64,000 nucleotides of DNA from contig JBHGNT010000021.1 in assembly GCA_043228905.1 (NCBI GenBank), positions 12,648,001 through 12,712,000 on the forward strand, given 5' to 3'. Numbering within the stretch: position 1 is the stretch's first letter; the number at the start of each line of letters is the position of its first letter. Shown here piece after piece: positions 52,302-62,587 of this stretch. The notes under the pieces are model-generated. The model was given only the letters and a program-made list of their open reading frames with translations. It was not told the origin of the DNA and made no database searches. This DNA comes from Azolla caroliniana. Its lineage: Eukaryota > Plantae > Polypodiophyta. The position numbers and the translations under genes are program-made.

Positions 52302-52987
52302 TATAGGGCTTCAAGGCCTTGGAGGGTTCAACATGTGGTTTTCCTACTAAGTGGATGTCATCCACATATGACTTGAAAGTGAAACTCAAGAGTTCCATTA
52401 GATGTTATAAATGAGAAAACACAAACAAAATGAAATTTATAAGTATATATGAATATGTCACAATAGGACTAACAATAGATTTTTAGCCTATGCCATCTCC
52501 AATTAGAAGGATTTCATGTCCAAGTCATTGTAATGTGTTTACCATGAATTGACGAAATTTAGGCAGACATTCTAATAGAAAAAAATAGTGCTTGAACTAT
52601 GCTTGACAAACAATATTGAAGAGATTATCTCATGTTGATACCCTTATATGCATATGAGATAAGTTTCGAGAATCAGGATACTGTAGTAACACTAACATGT
52701 TTTAAAAACTATGGGGGTGACATAAAATGCCTTTATCTTATCTCTATTTTGAGTGTTCATGGGAACTCCTTGAGGCTCAACCAGGTTGTCTACCTAGAGG
52801 GATTGTCCACACACACAATCTCACACCCATTGAAGTGGTTTTGACTCTTTAATTCCCCCATTGGGACCCCAAATCACATGTTGATGTAATGCAAGGAAAC
52901 ATGCTTATATTTGCCAAGAAATACTCGTCGAAAACAAAATTAGAGTATATTGTTATGGGTTATTTTCCACATACTAACAACATATCA

Positions 52988-55322
52988 TGTTGTGGTTGGC
53001 CTCTCTTTGGATGTGTAGTTTGTCGGTCTAAGAACCCTATATGTAGATGAAGGAGATAAGACGAATGCATGTTCAAGTATTTGGCCATGGTGTAAGCCTC
53101 TATGATTGTGTTGGGAATTTCGTCGCTCCGGATGGGATCCGGAGGAGCCGGACTGGACCGGAAGGTATCGGATGGATCCGGTGTGAACTAGATCTAGAGA
53201 CATATCTGCAAATATGTTTCTGGTGTGCCTGTAAAGGCTATATTTGTAAATATTCTTAAAGTCATATAAGTATAAATATGACTTAGGGCAATCACTTGAT
53301 GTTGTTCTTGTGGTTGTTAGTTGTATCATTGTTGTATAGAGAGAGAGAGATAGAGAAGAGAAGCTGAACCAGTTTCTATTGTAAACTCCAGTTGACGAAG
53401 ATACAGAGCTCAAGGTCATTGCCTCTGAGTCTCCCAATGTACTCTTTTCACCTATAGTGATAGTTGGAGTTTGTGGGCTCCCGTGGTTTTTTCCCTACTA
53501 GGGTTTTCCACGTAAACATCCTGTGTCGCCTCTTCTGTGTAAGTGTACGAACCTCCATTTCTGTTTTGTTCTTTCATAAAGTGTTTGAGTCACGGTTGTG
53601 GCCGAGCACTATTCCGCACAAACTGGTATTCGAACGAACAAGAAAATGGAAGAGTCATTCAGAAGCATGTTGAAGCTTACCGGCTCCAACTACCCAGTGT
53701 GGAAGTCGAAGATGAGGGACATGCTCATGGTCAAAGATCTTTGGCTGCCGGTATAGTTCGGGGACAAGAAATCGGACAAGATTGATGCCATGACATGGGA
53801 CATGATGTACATGAAGACGACGCCATACATACGATGCTTCATCGGCATGAGCCTGTAAAACAACTTCAATGAAGAAAGTAAGGCTCATGTGCTCTGGGAG
53901 AAAATCGGCACCATGCTCGAGAGCAAAAACGCGGTAAATCGGGTTTCAGTATTCCGGAAGTTAGTGAGATTCCGGTACTAGGACGGATCCAGCATGGTGG
54001 AGCACATGAACGCATTCCAGGGGCTCATAAATCAAACAAATTCTCTTAAAGTACCTCTGGCCAATGAGGTACTTACATTGCTCTTGCTCGGTTCCCTCCC
54101 GGATAGTTGGGAGACACTGGTTGTCACTTTGGGCAACACCGGGCTGGAGGGAAAGCAGTTGTCCCTAGCAAGGGTAAAATCAAGCTTGCTAGATGAAGAA
54201 GCTCGCCGGAAGGATCGGGAATCTGGAACTGACCCGAAGGCTTTGGTTACAGTAGATGACCAAAACCGGGGAAGAGGCGGAAATCGGAGTTCCCAAAACC
54301 GGGACACATTGGGGACGAGATCAAAGTCAAGGGGGAGGCCTACTTGCTTCTACTGTGGGAAGCCGGGGCACTTCCCGAAGAACTGTCGGCATTTCCAGAA
54401 AGAGAAAGGGGTTGACACTACCAATTTGAAGAAGAGTTCGAACCAGAGAGGCCCGGATCAGAAAGAAACGTTGGTGATCACGACAAGTGAAGAAGAATTG
54501 CTGCTCATCATCGAGGAGAATGAGTTAAACCTTGTCAGCGACGAGACAACATGGGTTGTCGATTCCGGAGCATCATTCCACCTGACACCGTATCGGAAAT
54601 GCTTCTCATCCTATAGAGCCGAAGATCTCGGCTGTGTCCGGATGGGGAATGAAGGGTCATGCCGAATTGTCGGCATAGGAGATGTGTGGTTGTCGACATC
54701 AATCGGGTGCAAGTTGTTACTGAAGGATGTCCGACACGTTCCGGAGGTTTGGTCGGCTAGATGATGAAGGCTACACGGTGTCGTGAGGAAAACCGTCCCC
54801 AGGCACAAACCGTGTGTAGCGTGTGTGAACCGGCCCTTACACGTGGGCACGCCCCCTGTTGTATAGTACATAGGTAGGCACAAAAGTCAAATCCTAGGTA
54901 GCAATATAATATAGGGAGAATCGAGGAGTATCTCTGTCCGAAAGGACAGAGAATTAATGTGATGTATACGGGTGAAAACGGTCTCCCTCCTTGGGATATA
55001 AAAGAGAGGGGGGGGGGGGGGCATCGCGCGTGAGGGGGAGAGGAAGTGTTGTCGGACTGGGAGCGAGCCCTTCTCTGTCATTCTCCATAGCTTTCCTTTG
55101 TGCAGGTTCTCGAGAGGCTGATTCTGCTCCGTGGAACGCCCGTGTGCTTTCGACAGAATCTCCATCTTTCTCCCCCGCGCGCATGGGTGATCAAGTGGAC
55201 ACGAAGTCCCATGCCGGATCGTAGTACTTCGTGACATTCATAGACGACCACAGCCGGAAGCTGTGGGTCTCACCGTTGAAGACGAAGGATCAGGTGTTGT
55301 CCGTCTTAAAGGAGCTCCATGT
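52988..55322 (+). mobile_element. Degenerate copia element related to 2095-5739 (LTR about 52988-53620, degenerate PBS, gag, protease, start of integrase), interrupted by gypsy LTRs
   Basis: Gag KLTGSNYPVWKSKMRDML, CFYCGKPGHFPKNC, WVVDSGASFH, FIDDHSRKLW; LTR shares CGGTTGTGGCCGAGC and the TATA hairpin with 41196-41836. Confidence 0.9.
54779..55189 (+). repeat. Truncated LTR of the tRNA-Trp gypsy family
   Basis: Starts TGTCGTGAGGAAAACCGTCC, like the family LTR terminus TGTCGTGAAGAAAACCGTCC; its 3' end is lost together with copia pre-integrase sequence. Confidence 0.75.
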
Positions 55323-55854
55323 TGTCGTGAAGATTTTCGTCCATAGGCGGAAACCGGGGTGGAATAGGAAAATCGGTGGTGTGCACCATCTGCACATGTA
55401 TACTAGGAAATGGTGCGTAGAAATAAGAGGGGAGATTCTATCCCACATTTTAAGGTCCCTCCCTCCTTGGGCTATAAAAGGAAGGGAGGGGTCACTTATG
55501 AGGGGTTGCCCATTTTGCATTAGAGGGTATACCGTTAGATTTAGGGTTAGTTACATTCCTTCTTCTTCTTCTTCTTCTTCTTCTCCCCCCCCCTTCGTGT
55601 TCGCTTAGGGTTTGCTTCAGCTCGTCTCCTGCGCAAGACCCCGCTCGGTGCGACAAGCCCGTGAGCTCCCCGACCGGTGGCTTGGCAGCCGACGACTACT
55701 GTAACCTACCTTGGTCCGGCTTGAAGCCGGGAATGTATTCTTCCTTTTATATATATACATGTGCGTCTGTCTGTGTATATTCGCGTCTCTGTTGGTGTCG
55801 GGTGCTTCCCCTTTCCTGCGTTTCCTGTACATAAGGGCATGAGTTGGGTCGGCC

Positions 55855-55886
<32 letters not shown>

Positions 55887-56059
55887 AGTCGGTGTCAAGC
55901 GCGCACTCCCTCTCTTTCTCTATCTCCCTTCAGTTGCTTCCGGTGTGCTTCTGGGATGCCCCGGAAACAGTGAAGTACGACTTCCTACGCTCCGTCACTC
56001 CCTAGTCCAAGACCCCCGTGGTCTCGCCTTTCTCCACGCATGCGTGTAACAACGCGACA
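55323..56059 (+). repeat. 5' LTR of a related tRNA-Trp gypsy element (host of the young insertion)
   Basis: TGTCGTGAAGATTTTCGTCCATAGGCGG...CGCGACA, followed after 4 nt by the PBS. Confidence 0.88.
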
Positions 56060-56063
56060 TCTT

Positions 56064-56078
56064 TGGTGAACCCGACGT
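56064..56078 (+). other. Interrupted tRNA-Trp PBS of the host gypsy element (remaining GAA at 63381-63383)
   Basis: TGGTGAACCCGACGT, insertion, then duplicated ACGT and GAA; reconstitutes TGGTGAACCCGACGTGAA. Confidence 0.9.
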
Positions 56079-56867
56079 TGTCGGGATATTATGCAAGTGC
56101 GTGTGGAATCGAGGCGGGACCGCGGGGGTCTCGAACCAAAGAGCAAGCGAGGGAGGGGAAAGAGAGAGAACCGGCTACGCAGGACCGGGGTACACAGGGA
56201 CACGGCCCTTCAGCACGGAGAACACGAACAGACACCGACACAGACAGATGCGAATGGCTAAATGTGTATATTAAGAAAAACGGCTAACACGACTACAACC
56301 CTCGACGGGGCACAGGTTGGTTACGACCGAACAGGCCGGCGAACAGATGCCGATGCCTGTTCACTTCGACGCTCAAAGGGGCTGTAGCTGGTCGGAGGTG
56401 CTGCCGGAAGCACTCGGGCGTTCCTCGAAAACAGCGCGAGCCTCCTCGGAACCCTGCACGGAAAGCTATGGGGCTCAAGAAGGAAGGAAACAGAGAGCGA
56501 AGCGTCCAGAAACGGTCCGGCAGCACTTCGTCCTCTCTGCGCGAGATATCCCTGCAACAGCTCTTTCCCGCTCCTTATATATGCCGACGAGCAGGCCGTC
56601 CTGTCAGCTTTATTCCCTGTCCCTTTTGGACAGGGATCCGCTCCGTTTTTCACGCATCCGCGTAGTTACGCCGCCGACTCGTACAGTTCGCGCGCGCGAC
56701 CGAAAAGACTGTTCGCGCGGTCTTTGTCTCCACTTGAGTTAGGGCCCGTTCCTGCCGATTATCCTCCTAATTCGCTTCTATGTACTACTTGGAGCGTGCG
56801 CGCGTGAAGAACCGGTTCCCACGCCTTGGTGCGCCGATTCCGCCTATGGACGGTTTTCTTCACGACA
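56079..56867 (-). repeat. 3' LTR
   Basis: Appears identical to 62588-63376 (ORF-track translations identical at offset 6509); purine-rich PPT AGGTGGGGGCGGA at 56868-56880. Confidence 0.97.
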
Positions 56868-56938
56868 TCCGCCCCCACCTAACCGCGCATCCTCCGGTAT
56901 GCGCCAAGAGAGTTGGGACGGAGAAAACCGGCCCGTCT

Positions 56939-59900
56939 TCATTCCTCGCCCGTCGGTTCTTCCTCGTTTTCGGATCGTTCGTCACTGCCGACTAGGAGAG
57001 CCGGGTCTGGCTCGTCGTCGTGTCGCTTCTTGAACGCTTTGATCCGTTTCCCTGCAACCGGTATCGTCATTCTCGTGCCGTCAAGTTCCGCCAGGTGGTA
57101 TGTCCCGTTGTCATTGGCGCTCCGTACCACGTAAGGCCCGAACCACCTTCGTGCGAACTTCCGTGTAGCTCGGTGCTGGTTGTCGAGGCTGCTATCGTAG
57201 ACGAGCACCCAGTCACCTTCTTCGATTTTCTTCGGTCGGAGCCGGTGCGTTCGGTCGAACCTGGCTTTGTTCTTTCTCCTCGCCACTCGGAGCTTCTCCG
57301 CAGCCAGTTCCACGTCCTCCGGTCTCCGTTCGAGCTGTCGTATGCGCGCGGCCAACAACTCCTCCCGGCTCATCTCGTCCCTCCAGTCGACCGTTGCCCA
57401 CGAGGAGATCGTCCGTTCCATCGGCATGATCGGCTTCTGGCCGAACATGAGCTCCGTCGGCATGTACCCGGTTACCGAACTGTGCGTGGTCCGGTCCGCC
57501 CACAAAGCATAAGGTAGCAGCCGCGGCCAGTTACCGACTCGGCCTCTGCATGCCCGAACCAACGCCTTGACGATCGGTCCGTGTCCGCGCTCCACCTTTC
57601 CATTCGCCTCCGGATTGTACGCAGTGGTGAGCGAGAGCTTGACTCCCAGCCGGTCGAACAGCTCCGCGGCTTCTTCGGCGTCCAACTCCCCTCGGTCAGC
57701 CACGATCTTTCCGACGCACCCATACCGGCATATCACGTCCTCGACTAGGAACCGGCATACGGCCGCGGTTGTTTTGTTCGGAAGGGCCCGGCCTTCCACC
57801 TGGTTCGTCAGATCCTCCCGCGCTAGGACCAGGTACCGCATCTGTCCTACTCCCATTGGCATCGTCACCAGATCTACCATCCATTTGAAGTGGATGGTCG
57901 GAGGGTACGTGGGGTGAAGCTCGTCCCGATGTCGGACTGTGGAGTGCATCTGACAGCTCTCGCAAGTTGTCACGAACCGATGCACGTCCTGGTACTGCCC
58001 CGGCCACCAATACTTCCCCTTCAGTTTCTCAAACGTAGCCCATGTTCCACGGTGTCCAGCCCAAGGGCTGTCGTGGTAGGCCGTCAGCAGCTCCTCCTGT
58101 TCTTCCTTCATCGTCACCACCCGGAGCGGAACGCCGTCCTTCTTCTTCGGGTGCTTCCATAGACAGCTATCCCGGAGAAAGAACCGGTACGCTTTCTTCC
58201 GGATCCGGTCGGCCTCGTCCTTCGTCCATGACGCATCGGGCGTCATTGTCTTCAGAAACCCACCGATCTGCAGCCACTCCCCGTCGTACTTGCTCGCGTC
58301 GAAGTCGTTAAGCGCCGGAGTGCTTGTTCCGTCTGTTGTTACATACGCAGTCTCGAAGAAGTCCACGCCGACGTCTTCGTCCTCCGAAACCATGCCGCCC
58401 TCGTCATCGAATCTCGCCCTTGAAAGCATGTCGGCCATGGCGTTGTCTTTCCCGGAAATGTGTCGTATTACCGGGTCTAGGGACTTGATATACGCTATCC
58501 ACCTGAGCATTGCCAGGTCCGGCGTCGCGCATCCGGAAATCATGCCGAGAATCGGCATGCAATCCGTCTCTATGATTACCTCCGTCCCGATCAGATAGTC
58601 CTTGTCGGCCTTCACCGCCGAAACGATACCCCAGAGTTCGCGTTTAACCTGGGCGTATCCTCGCTGCCGTTCGCTGAGGACCTTCGCACCGAATCGGATC
58701 GGGAACCGATTGCCGTCCTCGTCTTCTTGGTTGACGACCCACCCGATTCCGGTCGGACTCGTGTCAACCGTTATGTACACTGGGGTGCCCTTCCTGTAGA
58801 CGGCCTTTCGGAGCGCCGGTGCTGCCGAAAGAGCCTCCTTCAGCTTCCGGACCGACTCCGTGTGCTTGTCTAGCCATTCGAATCTTCGCCCTTTCCTCAG
58901 TAATCCGTATAGCGGCTCCGCAACGTGGGCGTAATGCGGGATCCATATGTGGTAGAATGCGCATGCCCCCAGGAATCTTCGCACTTCCGTGACCGAGCTG
59001 CAGTCGGGCTTCATCGCGGAGATGGCTTCTACCTTTGCCGGAGACGGTTTCCGGCCATATGGCCCACATAAGTGTCCGACCACCATGATTTCCGACTGCC
59101 CGAAGGCTGATTTCTCCCCCGAGAAGGTGAGCCTCGCCTCCTCTAGCCTTTGCAGCACCTTCTCGCAGTCGTCGATGTGCGCCGTCACGAATCGCCGGCA
59201 TCCGTCCGGCCCGATCGTCTCGTCCTTCTCTTCTACCGGGCATCCCTTGATCGGGATGTCGTCTAGAAACGGCATGGTGATGTTCGGGATGCAGTCCCTC
59301 AGCACCTTGTTCATCGCATTCACCATGTGGGCCACCGAGTTGGTCCCTCCTTGCGGCAGCGTACACATCCGCACTAGGCCGAGGGGAGTTCGCATCGTCG
59401 TAATGTCTCTGCTCTCCACGGCTAGCTGGAACTGGTCATACCCTGAGTATAGATCACCGACCGAGTAAATCGACCTTCCGGCGAAGGCCTCCGCGAACTC
59501 GTCTATGGTCGGTCCGATCCCCGCGTTCCGAATGGTCACTCTATTGACCGGCTGCAGGTCCTGAATGAAGCGCAATGATCCGTTTTTCTTTGGTACGGTA
59601 AACCAGCGGTTTGAATACGGGGCGCTCGACGGCTCGAGAATGCCCATATCAACTTTCTGCTTCAACAGCTCCATCAACTTCGGGATGTGAGCTCTCGGAA
59701 CCGAAATTGGCTTGAGATTCCACGGTACATGCGGTACCGTGAATATCACCATCGGCTCTACGATCGTCGGGTCCACGCACCCGATTTCCTCCGGCGAGAA
59801 TGCGAAGGCTTTCCCGTGCCTTCCGAGCATTCTCCGGAACCGGTCTTCCTCCGCCGGCAGTAGGAACCCGCCCCCACCGATCTTCAGCTCGCGGAGCGTC

Positions 59901-60421
59901 TCGTTGGTGAAGGTGTGTCCTATGCAGGCCCGATCTCGTAAGTTGGGGTCCGATGCAACCCCTTTAATCCGGGATTCACTGCCCTCTGGTAAGGGCGCCG
60001 CAACTGGCCTCACCTTCCGGTCCACCGTCTTGTACTTGGTGCTCACCCGGGCCGTCCGTTCCGACTCGAGCCCTCGACCGAAGTCCGCGATGACTTCGTA
60101 CATTTCTTCGGAACATACCGGTATCGTCCGGTCTTCGTTAAGGTCTTCTTCGACTACCTTCCCCAGCATTCCCAAGGTGTCGTCGAAAGAGACTGCCTCC
60201 ACGGCTCCGTTGATTCCTTCGTCAGAGCCGAGAACTCCGCACGCCCGAAGTCTCCCCTCCGTCTTTGTTTTCTCTCGGCCGGTGATGCCGACCATCGTAC
60301 ATGCTCCGCTGTCGGAGAAGCAAAATTTCCTACCTATTGTACACGGTTTTATCGTACAGATGTGGGGTTTTCCCGGAGCATCCGGACTGTCGCGGCCCCA
60401 CGCCTTGGCAGTCCTCTCTAA
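56939..60421 (-). CDS. Pol ORF2 (RT, RNase H, integrase), open from the putative frameshift site; first ATG at 60295
   Basis: LRFIQDLQPVN, DLYSGY, LPQG, FLDD; RNase H VDTS/KRE/ETD/ADMLSR; integrase H-x6-H...CESC, DLV, ADRGE, NGKVER, WFGPY; no stop between 60421 and 56942. Confidence 0.95.
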   Translation of the reverse strand, partial: LERTAKAWGRDSPDAPGKPHICTIKPCTIGRKFCFSDSGACTMVGITGREKTKTEGRLRACGVLGSDEGINGAVEAVSFDDTLGMLGKVVEEDLNEDRTIPVCSEEMYEVIADFGRGLESERTARVSTKYKTVDRKVRPVAAPLPEGSESRIKGVASDPNLRDRACIGHTFTNETLRELKIGGGGFLLPAEEDRFRRMLGRHGKAFAFSPEEIGCVDPTIVEPMVIFTVPHVPWNLKPISVPRAHIPKLMELLKQKVDMGILEPSSAPYSNRWFTVPKKNGSLRFIQDLQPVNRVTIRNAGIGPTIDEFAEAFAGRSIYSVGDLYSGYDQFQLAVESRDITTMRTPLGLVRMCTLPQGGTNSVAHMVNAMNKVLRDCIPNITMPFLDDIPIKGCPVEEKDETIGPDGCRRFVTAHIDDCEKVLQRLEEARLTFSGEKSAFGQSEIMVVGHLCGPYGRKPSPAKVEAISAMKPDCSSVTEVRRFLGACAFYHIWIPHYAHVAEPLYGLLRKGRRFEWLDKHTESVRKLKEALSAAPALRKAVYRKGTPVYITVDTSPTGIGWVVNQEDEDGNRFPIRFGAKVLSERQRGYAQVKRELWGIVSAVKADKDYLIGTEVIIETDCMPILGMISGCATPDLAMLRWIAYIKSLDPVIRHISGKDNAMADMLSRARFDDEGGMVSEDEDVGVDFFETAYVTTDGTSTPALNDFDASKYDGEWLQIGGFLKTMTPDASWTKDEADRIRKKAYRFFLRDSCLWKHPKKKDGVPLRVVTMKEEQEELLTAYHDSPWAGHRGTWATFEKLKGKYWWPGQYQDVHRFVTTCESCQMHSTVRHRDELHPTYPPTIHFKWMVDLVTMPMGVGQMRYLVLAREDLTNQVEGRALPNKTTAAVCRFLVEDVICRYGCVGKIVADRGELDAEEAAELFDRLGVKLSLTTAYNPEANGKVERGHGPIVKALVRACRGRVGNWPRLLPYALWADRTTHSSVTGYMPTELMFGQKPIMPMERTISSWATVDWRDEMSREELLAARIRQLERRPEDVELAAEKLRVARRKNKARFDRTHRLRPKKIEEGDWVLVYDSSLDNQHRATRKFARRWFGPYVVRSANDNGTYHLAELDGTRMTIPVAGKRIKAFKKRHDDEPDPALLVGSDERSENEEEPTGEE

Positions 60422-62544
60422 AAATCCTCTCGGGTTTCGGAACCGAGGGAATCGCGGTTACGTTCGTGGTTCGGCCTTACCGTCAGAAACTGGACCGAAT
60501 GGCGCCCATCTTGGCTTTTGACTCTCGCGTAGGCCGAACCATTGTCCAGCACTTTGGTCTCCATTCGCGCCGCCGTGATGTACGGCTCTCCCAGAATGAC
60601 CGGATGCGAAGACGTCTCCTGCACGAAGAAGTGCTGGTCAATCTCGACGTCGCCAATCTTGACTCGCACATTCGGACAGGCCCCGTGCAGTTCCTCGGTG
60701 GCGCGCGTTGCTGCCCTTATTTTCCACCCGTGCTTGGTGTTGATCGGCCATTTGCCCTTCTTATAGAAGTCCATGGACATCAAATTGATCTCCGATCCGT
60801 GGTCCACCAAAGCTGTCACCGGTTCCTGGACATCGCCGATCTTCACCGGGGTTTCCGTGGTCGCTCGGGCCCAGTGTGGCCTCGAATAGTGGCTTTCCGC
60901 CCACTCGTCTCCCAGCGCCATGTCGTCTAGGTGCGTCGTCCGCACTTCCACCGGTCTTTCCGGTTCTGTCTCCGTCGACAGCCTCTTCCGTTTCACCAAG
61001 TCCACGATGGAGTCGTGGAACTCCTTCTTGGCGATTCCCAGCACCTCTCGTAACGACAACTCCACCTTGCTGTCGAGGATCCGTTCCTCCAGGACCTTCC
61101 GTAAGTCCGTGGTCCTTTCTATCTCCGTCCCCAGACGGTACCCGCCCTTCTGGGGTTTATCTTGCGTGCCGGCCCCGCCGGATTCGTCCCGTCGTGGCCC
61201 GGACCGGGTCTCGTATCGTTGTGAGGGCCCGGTCGTCCCGGGTTTCCCCACCCGCTTCTCTTCTACCAGAGCCTCGTAGTTCTGGCAAGCGGCTTCCACG
61301 AAGCCCGTCCGTTCCTCGACCGGGTCGCTCCACCCGGTCATCTCCCGTACCCGTTTCTCCGCACGGTCCGATTCCTCCCCTTTAAGCCTTGCACCGGCAA
61401 GGCCTTCCAGCATCGTCGGCCAGAATCCGGCTTTGCTTTCCCTTCGGGCCTCGCCGCCCCCGACTCGAATGCCGGCCGACGCCGAGTAGTGGACGGTTTC
61501 CGCGTGTCGGGCCGCCGCCTCTTCCATCAACCTTTTCATACCACCTTTTCCGTCGTTTCGGCTCAGGGCCCTTCGGGTGTCGCTGGCATGCACCCGTCCT
61601 TCCCACAGGTACACCACCCTGTCCCTCAGCGCCTCCGCGAAGTCGCCGCAGTCCTTCCGAATGTGGCCGACTTCATCGCACTACATGCACCTGTTTCCTG
61701 CCGCCGGCCGTCGGTCACGAGCCGGTTCGCCACCTTCCCTTCGGGCTTGCGCGATTTGGAGGTCCTTTACCGCCCTCGTCAATTCCTCCAGCGCCGCTCC
61801 TCCGGTTGAGCCTCTGACTACGCCGGTCGAAGCCGAACCGGTTTCCAACCACTCTCGGGTCTCTTCCTTTCGCACCCGTGGCGCTGGTTCGAACTTCCTT
61901 GCTGCGACCGAGCCCGACCCGGTTACCCCGTTATCCGCCCATTCTCGCCGTTTGTCGAAACGGCCACAGACCTTCTTGACAGCCGCCCAGTCGGTAGTGA
62001 GCCCGTCTTCGGTTTCCAGCAAGAGGCCCACTTGCTCCCGATCCCGCTCGTCGACCGACTTGACAAACAGCAAGACCCGGCTCGTGTCCAGGATGGTTCG
62101 GTCGAGCGCCGAAAGGCGCGCAAAGTTTTCCTCGAACTCCCGGAGGAGTGCCGACGCGTTTCTTCCCTTCCCCGGGGACTCCACCCATTCCATGAACCTT
62201 CGCTTCGAAAGCCGGAGCGTGTCGTCCAGCCCGTATTTCTCTAGGAGCCGACCTTCGAACTCCTCCCAGGTACGGCTCTCCGCCCGCACCTCGAGCACCT
62301 CCGCATGGATGCTCGGCATCGCCACTCGGGGAAATCCGGCAAGACGCCTTCCTTCCGGAATGTCCCGCATCAGCATCTCTGCACCGTAGGACGCCAAATA
62401 CTTCGTGGCATCCTTCCCATCGAACCGGCCGATCGTACCGACGACCGCCTCAATAGCTCTGTCGAGGGCACCGGTGCTCTCGCGCGCGTTTACAATCCGA
62501 TCCACGGCCGAAGCCATGGCCTCTGCGAGATCCGACCCCCTCAT
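60418..62544 (-). CDS. ORF1 Gag + aspartic protease (708 codons) with one in-frame TAG at 61681-61683
   Basis: ORFs 61681-62712 and 60418-61617 are in the same frame; zinc knuckle CM*CDEVGHIRKDC; protease ALVDHGSEINL...VILGEP. Confidence 0.9.
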
Positions 62545-62566
62545 CTTCTGCTCTTCTGCCGCCTCT

Positions 62567-62584
62567 TTCACGTCGGGTTCACCA
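62567..62584 (-). other. Primer-binding site complementary to tRNA-Trp
   Basis: TGGTGAACCCGACGTGAA, 3 nt from the LTR; complement of the plant cytosolic tRNA-Trp 3' end (...UUCACGUCGGGUUCACCA, recalled). Confidence 0.88.
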
Positions 62585-62587
62585 AGA

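Noticed and set aside
56293-56995. ORFs in the LTRs and antisense ORFs across the young gypsy (possible env or accessory gene)
   Set aside because: GC-rich sequence gives long stop-free frames; no signal peptide or recognisable motif, and only about 70 bp lie between the pol stop and the 3' LTR.
62567-62584. tRNA-Trp gene
   Set aside because: Only the 18-nt 3' complement including CCA is present next to an LTR; it is a PBS, not a tRNA gene.
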